A DNA stretch of 63,316 bases from Phoronis australis (taxonomy: Eukaryota; Animalia; Phoronida), in assembly GCA_002633005.1 (NCBI GenBank), contig NMRA01000363.1, positions 247,619 through 310,934 of the forward strand. The letters are read 5' to 3'. The notes beneath the pieces are model-generated. The model saw only the letters and a program-made list of their open reading frames with translations, did no database searches and was not told the DNA's origin. Both the position numbers and the translations under genes were made by a program. How positions within the stretch are numbered: position 1 is the stretch's first letter; every line of letters begins with the position of its first letter. Shown piece by piece: positions 39,501-54,500 of this stretch.

Positions 39501-42500
39501 GATTCATAAATGGATTTGATGGTGGATCCACACCTGAGGTTCAATCTAATTCTCATGTTCTGGTTTCAACTTCTTTGCATAGGGAGAAAATCGCACTGTA
39601 TTGACTGCACCTAATTTCCAATAGTTACTGGGGACTACCTCACTTCTGAGTTGTTTGTTGGATAAGTAGAGATTAGAGAATGATTGATAACGTTGGACAA
39701 CCTTTTTGAAATTTTCATGTCGGATTTGCAATTCGAATGCGACAGTAAAACAATAGTGACAACAGAGCAACAATTGACAACCTTTTTTGCATGGCAGCTG
39801 TGTACAACTGCAGACTGAGCGGGGTGCTTTTAAGGGTGGGCAGTTGTTTGTGGGTATATTATGCACAGGGGTACGTTGGTTTTGGGGCAGTGGTTGTTAA
39901 AGGGGCGTTGTCAGTTTATGTCCAAAAAAACACATTTCTGGTATTTTTGTTTTAAGGGTCAGACTTCTGGAAATTTCTTTGACCAGAGCTATTAAATGAA
40001 ATTTGTTGAGTTTTTGCGATTTTATTACAAATTGTCAATTCTTGTCATCTGCCAGACAATTGCTGAAACCAGGGCTGGTGGACCAGAGAGAGTAGAGTCT
40101 TTCTGGCAACTATATCTTATTCAAGACATGTTTCTGAATGTCACCAATCTTTGGTGTTATCCAACTTTAGCGGCGACTCAAACTAGCTGCTGTATTGAAA
40201 AAAAATGCCAACTCAATTTTTCTTCATGACGGTTACCGCAGTGACGTAAATGATTATTGGTTTTTGGCTGTTAGCCAGCTTCTATGTTTAACTGCTTATA
40301 TGTGGAAGATGGTTGCTGACACCTGTCATTTCAGTGTATCGTGTTAGTGTACAAAATACATTTTCTCAATATGTCATTGGCTCTTGTCTGTTTCTTGTGT
40401 GATTGCATCTAAAATGTACATCCCCCACGTTTGCACAATTATCATCGCTGTTAATACTCATATGTTATCCAATCAGAAGACAGTCGGGCATAATGAGCGA
40501 TTTGCTGCAAAATGATGTTAACCCTTGTCACAGTCATCTTATTTGACTTGGAATCATCGACCCCAAATCAGACGACAAATCTGCCTTCTTAAGTGTGGAC
40601 ACCTACATTCCACTCTTGTGGTTAGGCTCTGTTCGTCCATCAGGTGATGACATTTGATTGGCCAGAATGTTAGCATATTATATATTACTATAATTATTCA
40701 GTGCTAAGTAGTCATAAGATGGCTGGCAAGATGATACACTTGAATTTGTGGCCTGTCTTCTGATCAGATGTCTTGTATGCTCTGTCATAAATATTCCAGA
40801 TCAGAACTCCCAGAGTCTATATTTTTAGAGAGGAAATTCAGCTCTCAGCGTTAGTTTGACTGTTGTAATGCGTGTTTTTTTCGGAAAGTCAAAAAAATAA
40901 ACTTCATCTCCATCACTATTAATCAAATGTTCCTTAATCAAGACAACTTTTATTGATTAATCGCAAGTTAGAAGTAACTTTGCTGACAAAATCAATGGAT
41001 AATGCACATGTTGTCTGTCTTTTCAATTGCGGTGGACATTGGTGGGAGACACTAGCTTCTATTGAGAGCAGTCAGCCATAGCAATCAGCACAGTTGCGTA
41101 AATTTTTGACTATCATGTCCCTTATTTAATTGTGGTCGTCAGGGTCTTGGCAGTTTGCGTGACCCAGTTGAGGCTTTTTCTTCATAAACCACCTGCATTT
41201 TCTCATACATGTATATGTTGACCAGACTTAGGTGAACTATGTTTACCTAATTTATGGTCTTAGTCAACCTTCTTCAATTTTCTGTGTTATTCATTATTTG
41301 TTCTTTGAAACAAAAATCTACCCGTCTGAACTTAATTCTTAGACGACGGGATCAGGCACTGGGCCCCTTGTTACATTGGCCTCCAGTCATCGTACACCAA
41401 TCCCCTGCATTTGTGTTAATCAGCGATGCTTGTTGCTTGGTAATTTCTGGTGTTGAAACACTCTCTACAGCACAGTCTCTGTTGTCGTGACGATTTCTTG
41501 GCATGTCTTTGCACAGGTATATCCACAGTACTCAGATCTGGTGAGTTCCCCCATGTGTGTGTGTCTGTAGTATATGTCACTGTGTGATGTGATGTTATGC
41601 TATTTATTGCTAGACATGTATGTTGTGTCATCTTTTGTTACCTTATGTTACAGTACGTAATGTTATGCCAACAGTTGTACTATATTTTGTGTATGTTGTG
41701 TTATGTGTTCAAGGATGCCCCCTCTCCTATGTTACACATGTCAGTTATCACCACCAATTTTGATATATTGACTTGAATTTGTAAAGCTGGTCGATGGGTG
41801 TCTCTGAGGACGGACTTCCTAGCGTAGAATTTTAGGAAATTCAAATGACTAAGTGATGTCCAACTTGACCTAAAGGTCTTTGTGTAATCATTAGAGTTAA
41901 ACACCTAATTTATGCTCTTCAAATTTGTATTGTAAGCTCTCTACCCTACTGTTAAAACTTTAACAATCTCAAATCTAAGTCAAATATCAAAAAAACTGTG
42001 CTCTGTCAACTATTACAAGTATATATTTTCTGAAAGGAGAAAGATCAAGGATTTTAAAACTATGCTTATCTTGTCTTATTGTCGCGTGACCATGTTTTTA
42101 AGTCAAATTATCATGTGCAAGAAAGGTACATTCATAGCAAAATACCCCCGCATGATTTTACTAAAACTTTTTTTTAATTCAGGTTTTATGCCAAGTCAAC
42201 TCGCAAAACTCGAGGCATTTTTGTAAAAAAACAGCAGTCTTATTTGTATATCGCACATTTTAATGCAAAATCTGAACAGCGTTTTTTGAGACATAACATA
42301 AAATTTGCAATTAAAAAAGTTTCAGTAAAGTTGACTTGGTCATTATTTTGCTTTGAATGTTCCTTTCATGCATACAAAAAATTGACTTAAAAAATGTGGT
42401 TACGTAACAATGATAAAGATTCAATAGTCCGAAGAATATTTTTAGAATCCACGATCTTTCCCCTTTCAGAAAATATACACTTTTAATGGTTGACAAAGCA

Positions 42501-45500
42501 TATTTTTTTTCGATATTTGAGGTCGTTTATTAAGGTCCTAGATAATTAAAAGCCCACTGTGTACACCCCATACTTGTGTAAATTCTTGGTATATCGTCTT
42601 CTTGCTAATCAAAAATTGGCAACCAACTTGGAAGAAGTGCCCGTAAACATTTATGACCCTTTGCTTTTGTAACAATTAAATAATCTGTGTCAAGATATTC
42701 TTTATTCACATGTATTATACAAATGAAGTATTGAATAATGATTTGTTTTCATTTTATTTTTTACTTTATTCCTCGCTCCTCAGCATTTTCAAAACAATAG
42801 TGGTTGCAATTCTCCTAACTTTGCCATCATATGTACTAAGTCACTGACAGCGTAAACAGTTTGAATGGCCTTGTTATCCCCTGTTCGTTATGTGTGCTTC
42901 TTGACATTGTTGGTGGTCAATTGGTGTTTTTCACTCTTCTCTAAGAATTATTATTTACTTAGTACTTGCTGTGCTTAAAACACCATCCCAGAAACTACCC
43001 TGATGCTTCCAGACAATGCTCCTGATACCCTGTCCCTCAACAATTCTTCATTTTGCAGTTACTGTCACTTAAGTCCATATAATGGTTTTATCTCATCCTG
43101 CCTGTGGACATTCATTTCATTCATTGGGAATGATGCGTATTAAAGCTGAATGGTACTTAAGTTTGTAGTGAGCGACTGTTGAGTTACTTTGTGTGTGCAC
43201 TTTTAGTTGGCATTAATGATTTAGTTTTGCTACTTTGTTGGTAGATGTTCTGCAGCACATTGAGTCTTCAGTTGTATTACCGGTACTCGTCTTTGCAGTC
43301 TGTGGTGACACCTTGTGACGCTCCAGCTAGTTAGATCAATTACTAAATGGCTCGAATGTTTTAGTTTCCTGGTCTGTTATTCATTAACCTTCCTTATCAT
43401 TCATTAAAACCCCCTTTCCTGCGATTTGATATTTTTGAGTACTAGTAGTTTTTGGTGTTCATGAGTTGATGGTTTGACATATATCTTTGACTAAATTATG
43501 TTTTACTGACAAAAACTAAGGTAATTCTTCATTATTTTATTTCCTATAAAAGCTGTTGCCAAACAGGCTGTTTATACAACAGGTAACATCGGTTGCTTTC
43601 CTCTGTTCAAGACTAAGCGAGATTTGAAGTGGCCATTGTTTTTTAGCATAGCCAAGGTTTTTCCGAAGGCGAATCAAGCCCTGCCTTGGGCAATGTTCAC
43701 CTCCTGTGGTCATCCTGAGCTTGCTGCCGAGAATGACAGTTAGGCTGAGCACATAGCTCACTTACAAAGGCACGAAAATACATCAGTTGAACAAGCCACT
43801 TATCCATTCAGTTGTATTTTCACTTCTTCACATGATCTACTGTTGGTTTATCAAAAATGTACTAGACAGACTTCAACTCTGTCAGTCGCAATGCCTAACT
43901 TCAACAAACTTCGTGCCAGAATTATTTGGCCATTAAGTCAAACTTTTGGAGGAGTGAAATGGCATTTTTGTCCAATTTTAATAATTTTAGTCTAATGTGA
44001 CGTCATTGTGTCAGTAATTTTTAGTTAAATAGACTTACAAGGCAAATTGTGAAATTTTGAAATTGTGTGGAGCTGACACCTGTTAAGGTTTTGTCGAAAT
44101 TTAGTCGGACCAGAAACATGTCGTGGTAAAAAAGGAGCAGATATTTAGTCACAGTTATTCTGTGTGGAAATTTTGTTGAATTTCAACTACAACTGCACCA
44201 TGTGCTCAGACATAGCTTTATCTACATCTGCCCTGAGCCTAACTGGTAGGGTGGAGGCAGGATACCAAGTCTCTATTGTTCTTATTCAATAGGCATTATA
44301 ACTGTGAGATCAGAGGATTTGTCACCTAATGGTAGTGGATGTCAACTTATATCATTCATTATACTGGCACATAACATACCCTATGTCCAAGTCAAATTCT
44401 TGTGTATGTCTGTAACATTGCTTAGGGCAGATCTTGGCTATGAAAATGAACAAATTTGAAGAAAGTGCAGTTTATCAAGAAAACTATAACTGTAGTCAGA
44501 TATTTGTATCCTGCTCCTGTCACAGTAATTGACAGATGAATTTTGAATGTATGTCAGTAGCTACTTAAAATTGAAAAGAAGTATATCCGAATAGAAGGTT
44601 TTGGAATGTTACCACATCAATTCTTCAGTAACTGCATTTTTGAGAAGTAACAAAAATAGCTCCTTCTACACGCCGAGTGCTGATATTTAGAAGTCAAGGT
44701 GACAAGTTTGAATTACAACTACACATATAAGATTGTTTAATGTAACATTTTCGCTTGATTATTTACACAAATTTCATTTCCAATTTGTCAGTTCTATGAA
44801 TCTTTCGCCATCTTTGTATTTCATTCATTTGGAGTGTGCTGCATGTTGTACTTTTTCAGGTCAGATCCAAGGTTATTTCGCGATGACTACGACATCAAGT
44901 ACAGTCGAACTCTCAACTCTTGCAAAGTCCCACAGGTAGCGCTGTTTGGCAGGAGTGTGCTTCAGAATGGTTTAAATGTCTGCCTGTAGCCTCAGGATCA
45001 TTGTTTTTTTGCCGAAAATGTAATATTGTTTATTAAATGTACTGTTACTGCACGAGAAATTCAGAATAACCCAAGCAGATATCCATTTTTTTTCTAAAAT
45101 CTGTTATAAAATCGCTGTATAATCTGGAAATTACAATTTTATGTTCATTGTTAAAAGATCTCATTTTGTTAAAGTTTTATTGATCTGGATTTCACTGCTT
45201 TTCATTTTTATTTATGGCCAATTAAACATAATGTTGAAATGTTCTTTAAGAATTTAGTTACATTATTCACTGCTGTAGTCTTACAAAAGCCAAATATCAC
45301 TCTCTCATTTTGGCTGCCATGTATTCATACCAGGCAGGTGATAAACGATCGTCAGTCTGGTGATGAACGATCCTAATATGTGAAAATTCTGTTTTGGTCA
45401 TTTATCATTGCTCATTGATAAGAAATCTTCATGTATTATTGCATGAAAAGTACATCAGCCATTAAGGTTATACAGGACTTCAATGGGAAATCTGTATATT

Positions 45501-48500
45501 GAGCCATATATCTACAAAGTACATATTTTCTGAAAGTAAAAATGTAGAATTTGATTTTTAACTTGATACCAATCTGTTTTTATTTGGGCCAAGTGACCAT
45601 GTCTTTTCAGTAAAATTCAGGAAAAAGTAATTTGAAGTACATTAATAGCCAAAAACTGCATGAGCAGCATGACTAAATTTCATGATTCAAGTGAAATCTC
45701 AAAATTGCTGTTACAGTTTTCTAAATTATTGTTTCATTTTTGTTTCACGAATCTGTAAACATTTTCTATATTCATCATCTAAGTCCAATTTTTAATAGCC
45801 CCTCATGCAAAAGTGTAATGTTTTAAAAACAGTTCCTTACAGAATTTTGAAGAACATTGCACAAAGCATAGTATCTGAAAGTTTCATGTAAATCCAGCCT
45901 GTCATTTCTGAAATAAGGCGTTACGAATTTAGCCAAATTTAGACTTTTCTAGGGTCCTGCATAACCACAAAATATGGAATTCTGATCAGTCATATATATA
46001 TATATATAATGCTATTCGTATCACTTCATGGTTGGTATGAATATGAGGAATTAACTATAAAAATTTGTCTTGATAAATTATGATTAACCAAAATTGTTCT
46101 GTACCAAAGCAACGCTGCTACGCTCTTTCGACATGGCCATTATAGACAGACAACAACCATGATTGTTCAGTGTGTGTCTATGGCTACTGTAGCAACAGTT
46201 GTTACAATCTGTCTATTTTCATTTTTATGCGCCTGCATGTGGGTGCATAATTGTCATCATCTCTGTCTGGAGGTCAAGTGCCCTGATTGCTGTTTAATGT
46301 CCTAAACCCCTTGCATGATCTTACTGAATTTGGCAGGTGTGTTTTATATGAACTAAAGCTGTTGTCAGACGACAACAAGGTTCGGACCGCTCCGACTACT
46401 GCTGTGACAATTGTTTGTACATTCGCTTCTCTATCTTCGGAATTCCTTGATGTATTTTCATGAAATTGGTAAATAGGTTTTGAATAAGGAGACGACAATG
46501 CCTTTTCGGACACATTTGATGGATTTTAGACCAGCTTGTGTCTATTTTTGTTGTTTTTGCATCCATTTTGTGACGTTCGCCTCTCTATCTCACAAACTGC
46601 TGAAAGGATTATGATGAAAAGTAAAGATAATTGATCTTGATAAGAAGGCCACGACTGACATTGACTTTCAGATGGGTCTTACTGTGTCACCCCCTAGTGG
46701 TGATTTTGTTTCTTGCATCTGTGGCCCAATCTGTTTAACCCTTGAAGGGGCATTGTGAAATTGAAAGATGTGATCCTGTGGAGCTAATGAAAAACGGGAA
46801 CAAATGTTGAACTGTTCCAAATACGACTGTGCTCTCTAGTGGCAAACTCTTTTTAACGTTTGCCTCACGGAGTTCACGCATTTTTATGAAATTCGTCAGA
46901 GACGACAATGCCTTAACATTTTGGACATATTTGAAGTTTGTTTTCTGTGTCAACTGGTGGCCATTTAATTTTTTCTGCATATGTTTTTGATGTCCGACTC
47001 TCTATCTGCCAAACCACACAAAGGATTATAAAATTGATAGTGGTGTTCCTGATGTGAAGACCACGGCTGACGCTGATTTTTGGATGGTGTTAAGTACTTT
47101 GACACCCCTTAGGAGCAATTTTGTTTTTGCACAAACCCTTTGAAGGATTGTTGCAAATCTGGCGGATGAACTCCTATGGAGATTGCAATAGATGATGATG
47201 AGTTTCTGACCAATCGGATTGTGCTCCCAAGTGTCAATTGTTTTTTTTACATCTGTCTCTGTATCTTTGGAGTTCCTTGGCTTGTTTTCATGAAATTTGG
47301 CAAATAATTTTGTATTAAAGGAGAAGACACAACCTTCTCAATTTTGACTGGTTTGACGCATTTTGCACAATCTAAAAACACGCCACTTGCGGTGCTTTCA
47401 TGGGTGAATTTCAGTGCTCCGGGTTTCTCAGCCCCCGTGTTAGCCAAAGACTATCACACTTTTGTCAAAATGATTCTTTGATAGGTTGTCATCTACTTTA
47501 TACTTAGTCAGTGCCCAATGTCAACGGTGGCAATAAGAGTGGGCTGCTGGTGGGATTATTATGCTTTTGGTCCCATTACAGAGTAATATGAACTTAAACG
47601 TATGAAGTGCAGTTCCATAGCTTTAAACGTTAGTTTCTCCTTTCAGATCCGTCACGCCTCCGTGGAACGCTTGTTGGGTCGACTCACTGATCTGAGGTTC
47701 TTGAGCATTGATTTCCTCAACACTTTCCTTCTCACCTACCGTGTGTTCACCAACGGTGAAACCGTACTGGATGCATTGAAGCGTGTTGCTCGTAACCCAG
47801 AATGTGGCAACATTGACGGTTCCAACTCACAGTATGTCATGTGTGGTAATATCTCGTTAATTTCAGACGAACATTGCCAAATTATTCTTGTTTTTGTTGG
47901 CAGTTTTTAACTTGCTGTGAATGCCCACAATTTTTGTCTTGTGGGCTACAACACAGAACTTGACCTTTGTAAAATTTGATTTGGCGCTTCAAATCTTCTG
48001 TGAAATGAATGAGAAAACTTGCCCTGGCCACAAATCGTGTCCTAAATTGGCGAGATATTACCGTAGCTTACTTTGTATCGCATCATGGTGTCGGGTGTAT
48101 CGTGTCTGGTTGTATTGTACCATGCTGGGTTCTATTGTATAAATATGTCTTTGACTGTATGAAGTTGTGTTGGATTGCATGATGTAAGATTTGTTTGTTT
48201 ACACATTTAGTTGTATTGTGTTATATTGGGGTGGTTTGTTGTCGTTTGATTTTGTCCTGTTGGGATGCATTTTGGGGTTGTGTTGTATCATGCTGTGTTT
48301 GATTGCAACTTGTTAGGTTGAATTGCATCGTTTTGGGTTAGATTGTATTGTGTGGGTCAGATCATGTCATTTTAGGTTGCATCGTATCGTGGTAGGTTAG
48401 ATTGTAGCTGATTGGATGCTATCATATTGAGTCGTATGGTATCATGTTGGGTTGGATCGTATTATTTTGGGTTGGATTGTATTGTATTGGGTTGGATCGT

Positions 48501-51500
48501 ATTATGTGGGGATAGATCGTATTGATTTGGGTTGGTTCATGTAATTTTGGGAAGGATTCTATCATGATTGGTTAGACTTTAGTGGGTTGAATCCTATCAT
48601 ATCGGGTTGGATCCTGTCGTATTGCATTGAGTCGTGTCATATTGGGTTGGATCGTGCCGTTTTGGGTTGGATCATCAGTTTGGAACTCATCATGCTGGAT
48701 TTGATCTTCTCGTGCTGGTTTGAGCCTCAGTAGGTTGCAATGCATCATGTCTGGTTTTATTTCATAATGTTGGGTTCTGTCGGTTGGCTAATATTTCCTT
48801 TGTCAGATATACGCCTATATATCGGAATTGCCTCAAGCGTTTGCATGACTTCTTTGTGTGCATTTGCCAAACTTCTATTATGGAGGCTGGCTACCCCTTG
48901 CATTATTTGTATGTCTTGTTTTAGGTATCATTTGAATCTATATTTTATCCATACTGCTTTGTCATTTTATTGGAGTGAAAGTGTTAAACTGATTAGCTAC
49001 CGTTTAGTTAATACGTATAATATTTTAGAAATTTACTTCTCTGTTTTTATCGTTTCACATGTAATGGGCGTACTTAGGCCCATGCACCTATGTTCCAAAT
49101 AACGTGTTGTTTCAAAAAAGCATGTGCACCCACTGACATGCCTCATAGTTGAGGTCAGGAATTCTGCCATTAGAGGTGGAATTAGGGAGGTTTTTGGAAA
49201 CTCCATGGAATAAAAGGTTTAATAAACCAAAATTTGATTCCAGACGAAATGCATTTAAATTCCGTTTGCACCAATTGTCATTTAAGAACAGAGTTTTAAA
49301 ATGAATGCTTCCCGATAAACTTGTTTCTAAATTACGCAGAAGTTCTGACTTGCAAAGTTTTTGATATGTGCACTAAATTGTTGTAAAAATTACGAAGTTT
49401 GTGTTATGCATAACCACTTATGTGTTAATTGACATCAATTGACTTAAGAGCCCAAGAAACTGGGGATGTATTGCATATCAAGTCTTAAGTATTTGTTTTT
49501 GTATTGCATTCTGTGATGCATCAATGTGACTATAATAATAACAATAATAGACACACTGCCAGGTTGCTATCTCTTTGTGCATGCCATAAACTGAGTGTCT
49601 TGTGTATAATTGTCCATTCTAATTATTTTTATTGAATGAGTATAATCACCTTTGTAACATATGGTCGAGTTTACTGGCCTTTCGGTTTTACTCGGCAAGT
49701 GTTTCACGTGTAGGTGTATTATTCCCTCGATTCCAGATATAGACGCAGCTTAATCAGCCATAATACATGCCTATAGGGTAAACGTAGAACAATTCACCAT
49801 AGTCAGGTCCATCTATGGTTTTGTCCAGTTTATAATGTTAACTAGAAGTTTGCATCGTTCTTGGCTAATGGCAATCTCTTCCATCTCGGCAGGTTGTGTG
49901 ATGCCGATGTGTTCCATTCGAACTCGTCTGTCAATATCATCTATGAGGACAGTGCCCCCGTCAACAACAAACTTCGCCAACCGAAGCACGAGAGGCTGCG
50001 TCGTATCAGCACTGGTAGCATGCGGATTGAGGTCACCGGCATGTTAATGGAGAGCTCACAGGACTCGGACAGCAGAGGTGACACCCGCATTGTCATTCAT
50101 TTAATCATCTCCCTCCCTCTATGCCCTTGTCTACCAAACTTCTCAAGACACGATTAGAAAACTGACCGTTCACATCTTGGGAACTTAGCAAAATTACTCG
50201 AAGCCTTGTGCTAGATTGGTAAATGTTAAAGTCGAGTCTCAAGTAAAGTGTGATGGTCATGAACCCTGGTGCACTTACAACACAGAAACGACGTATTCAT
50301 AGCAAATACGTACTAATGTATTGAACCCCTGTGTGGGAACTGCTAGGAACATCACGTCCAGGCTAAGCCATTCAGGTTGCAGTTATTAGAGATTCCAAAT
50401 TAAACCCTTATAATTGGTTGGCATGTTTCTGTCCTCAGCACTTTTTGTTGTTAACTGAATCGCGTTGTTTCAATAAAATAACATTTCTGTTCTGTGATGG
50501 TTGATGCCACCTGTCAGCTTGCCTCGTTTTCATTATGTTTGCTTGCTCACCCATTGTATCATGAACAGGTGATGGTGATGATGACTCATCTGATGACAAC
50601 GTGATGGTGTCACCAACGAGTAGTGAGGTGGCGGGCTTGTTGTTCCCTCCCAAGAGGAAGTTGGCACCCATTGCGTCGTGCGAGACCCTCTCTGACTCAT
50701 CGGGAGTGATCCCGTCGACACCCACCAGTATTAACTCTATAGACAGACTCTCTGTGACACCCACCAATGCGGATACTGGCACTGATATACTGCTTGGCTG
50801 TCCTGGCATTACCATCAATGATGCAACCAGTGAAGAGAGCTCATCTGACAGCGGCACAAAACACTCCGACAGTTCACAAAGCTTTGGAAGCTCTTCAAAT
50901 ACCCTTGTTGATTTGTCTGCAGCTGATACATCGCTGGATCCTCAGACTGCTTCTAGTACACCAGTTCCGTCATCACCGACAAAAAACGTCAACTCTCCTC
51001 GCCGACCTCATCCGCAGCTAATGCGTTCACAACCGGTGACCCCTGTTGTCATTGTGCGTCCAGACTCATCTGACGAGGCAGACACTGATGACAACGTGTC
51101 GACCACTACGAAGCAGAGCCGGCGTGTCTCCTCACCCACAAGAACCTCGTCTCCCCTCAATATCCCCACCATGACACACCAGCGACGAGCCTCTTCTCCT
51201 GTCAAGTCTGTGTCACCCACAAGCACATGTCAGCCCAAGAGGTCATCGTCACCCATCATATATAGTTTTTCTTCTCCCAATGTCATCTCAGGCTTAAAAA
51301 ACAAACAGAGTGAGTATAAGTTTGATTTTGCGCTGGTGCATGGGCAGATTCAGTTACAATTCTTGCTTCAGAAAACGTCTTTGTTTTGAATTTTGTTACT
51401 TTTTACAAATTAGTGCATTATTTTCAACTTCTCGCGTGCTCATACGTTGCGTTGAGTTTTTCCAAAATATAGCAGTCCGTTTATCTAATGTCTTTAGTCT

Positions 51501-54500
51501 GGTCGTAGCTTAGACGATCACTGACAAATCACTGCAAACACGATGATGCGTGTTTCTGGAAGAGTGATAACATTAACTACATTGCAACTGAGGTGAAGTT
51601 AAATAATTTTTCACATTTAGCAATTACTGCCTTCACCAGCTGAGATCTGTGTGCAAATTAAAATCACAGCTATTACAACCATCCAAGATAAGACTGAAGT
51701 TTAACACTCTTGATTAAGCGCATTAGGACAAGTCAAAATAGATTACTAATTAAAGTAAGGTCAATGAAGTTTGCAGCTGTTAGACTAGCCACAGAGGCAA
51801 TCAAGGAAATGCATTCTGTCTATATTGTAGCCACACATAATTAGGGACACGAACCAATTCAATTAAAATGGGCTTGCGTATATTCCTATTACAGAGCCTC
51901 TGTTTTCAGGATTTGGTGCTGTGGGCCGTGAATATGTTAGTGGTAAAGTTTGGGCAATCTAGTCGCATCTGCTTACCTTCGGATACCCATTCTTAATCGG
52001 TTAAGGTCGTGAAACAGAACAGGCAGTTGTTGCTAAGCTGCCAAAGCCACTTTCTGTGTTTAGTTCATAGATACATTTAGTGTAAATTTTGAAAAAAGAA
52101 CTTCACTAAAAGTGATGCGGTCGGTGCTGTTTTTCCAGGCGTGCACAGACCGTTCAGGTGAGCCCAATTGCATTGATCACCTGGAAAAATTTTTATGGCA
52201 GTTAAAACTGAGATGAGGAGCTAGAGACCTGACTCAAGGGTGTAGCAGTGTGCTACAATGGGACTCCAACCCCTACTACACTGTCTCATCTAGACTTGCG
52301 CCTTCTGTCAAAATAAGTTTCTGATTTACGCCACTTACCGTGTTATGAGATCAGTTCCATCTTGTTCTGTACGTAGATAAGAAAATATTTCTGGGCTTGA
52401 GATGAGCTGACAGGTCATTATAGATTTTGATCGAGACCATTGAGTTGCATGTCATGGCAAGTTAGTTTGATCCACTCTGCTGTATAGACCGTCAGTGAAT
52501 TTGATGCATTTTCCTGTAACTGATTTCAATTATTAAACAGAAAGTGATAATGCGAAGACACGTCCGTCTGGAAAGAAAGTTTTCTTTGACATCAGGCCAT
52601 AATTTGTAACTGCTTTAAAGAGCAGTAATCATGTTATTCAGCGCACAATATGGCCGCCAAATGAAATTCTATTTTGTCAAATTTCTCCACAAAACTAAAG
52701 ATGTCTTTAAAAACACGACTTAACTTTTTGTTTGAAACCTTGATGCAGAGTCGCTCATAGTATCGGAGTCCCCTTTCTTTAGGTGTGCAGCTATCTAGCA
52801 AAACAGTGAGACACATGACAAACAAATAAATTAAAACACTAGCTACATTTCGAGACTGCATGTCTCATCATCCGACAACAAGTGAAATGAACAGTCATAT
52901 ATGTAACAAAATAAACAGTGAAATACACGTGACAGCAGGAAGAGGGGCATACAAGTAGAGAGTGTGAATGCAACACACGGTGGGAAGGCTACAAGCCTAT
53001 CAAAACAGAGTCAGCGTGCGGCACACACCTGTGAGCTGCTCATTCAACACAGGTTTTTCGTGACTGATCAATAGCGATTCCAAAATCTTAAGCCATAGCA
53101 AATGATGGTTTTATGTACTATTTTTTGCCTGGTTATTTTTCGGCCATGTTGGTATACAAAGTGATCTTGAATGGACCTCTCATGTTTTCAGCGAAGTTTG
53201 TGTTAACGAAGGGATGTTAGTGAAGTGAAAAAATAAATATTAAAAAAAGTTATAGTCTTATTAGTAGCATGGTTTTTACTCTGTAGATGTCATAAAACAA
53301 CATTTGCTGAAGTTTCCATGAGTTACAGCGGGGAAGACAGCTTTTGCAATAGTGGGAAAATGGAAATTTTTGTTATTTAATTTTTTTGTGAAATAATTGA
53401 ACAAATTATGGTTAGTTACACTTGCAAATTTTTATTTTAATTTGAAATTGACTTTAAAATTTGAGTACACAGCTTATGTAATGATCATGCTCATATTTAC
53501 ACCAGACGAGTGTCCGTCAAATTTTGATGACTACTAAGTTACGTTCACTAAAGTCATGTTTGTGGCTCTGCAGGTAAACGTGATTCTCATGGGGATAGCT
53601 CGATCAGCCTGACCCCCAGAGGCAGTCTTGCTGCTGATGATTCGTCACCTAAAAAGGCCAACCCCGGCACTGTTGTCACATCGTCAAGGGCGTCCAAACG
53701 AAGGTAATTTAGTACTGTTAGCTGTAACTGTAGTTGGAACCTCCATCGTGTTGCTTTAGTTTGCCAGCGTTCACCTGGGCTGCCTTGATGCAATTAAGCA
53801 ACAAAAGGGGTGTAATGAGTTGGTGGTTGTATCAACGTGGATCCGATTTTGGTAAATTTTAAGGAATAAAGCTCCAAACACGGAAGTTTTTCATCTCATT
53901 TCTTAACGATTTTCAGGTATTTTCCGTAGATAAATGTGCTACAAGATAAGCGCATTTTTCCAGTGTACTAAGGGTGTCATTTTGTGGCAGCGTGATGCTG
54001 GTCTTGGACTGTTTTCATGGACCCTGAGAAATTGAAATGGACCCCAAAAATTTTGGAAGTTGAGTCTGCTGTGTGCCTGCTTGGAAGTGTAGGAAGAACA
54101 CGGTACTTAGTGACCTACACATTCCGGGCTCAGCTATTCAGTTATCTATACGGGGTAATCAAACAGTCATCTTCTCGCCCAGGATCATAATTCCAGTTTC
54201 TTAAGCTTTGTATAGGGACACAGTCCAACTGGTACAGTTGTATGACTTAAAAGCAAGGTTCATAAAGAACTACTTTCACTGACCTTGCATTGCAGTTTCA
54301 AAAGGCCTACTATGTGTGAGTGCCCACCCATGATTTACAATCATACCACAAAATTCTAAGCCACTATTCCGACTTGTTACTCCCTCCAGGCCCAAAATGC
54401 ATCTATCCGGGATTGATGTCATAGTGTTTTTTAGGCATCCACATATTCATTTGAGGATGCATGCATATCCCTGTTTTGTGTGTGGGTGAGCATCCGCTAT

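Noticed and set aside
50435-51226. Minus-strand ORFs over the large exon (and similar ones at 13476, 53587 and 60926)
   Set aside because: Antisense shadows of real + strand coding exons.
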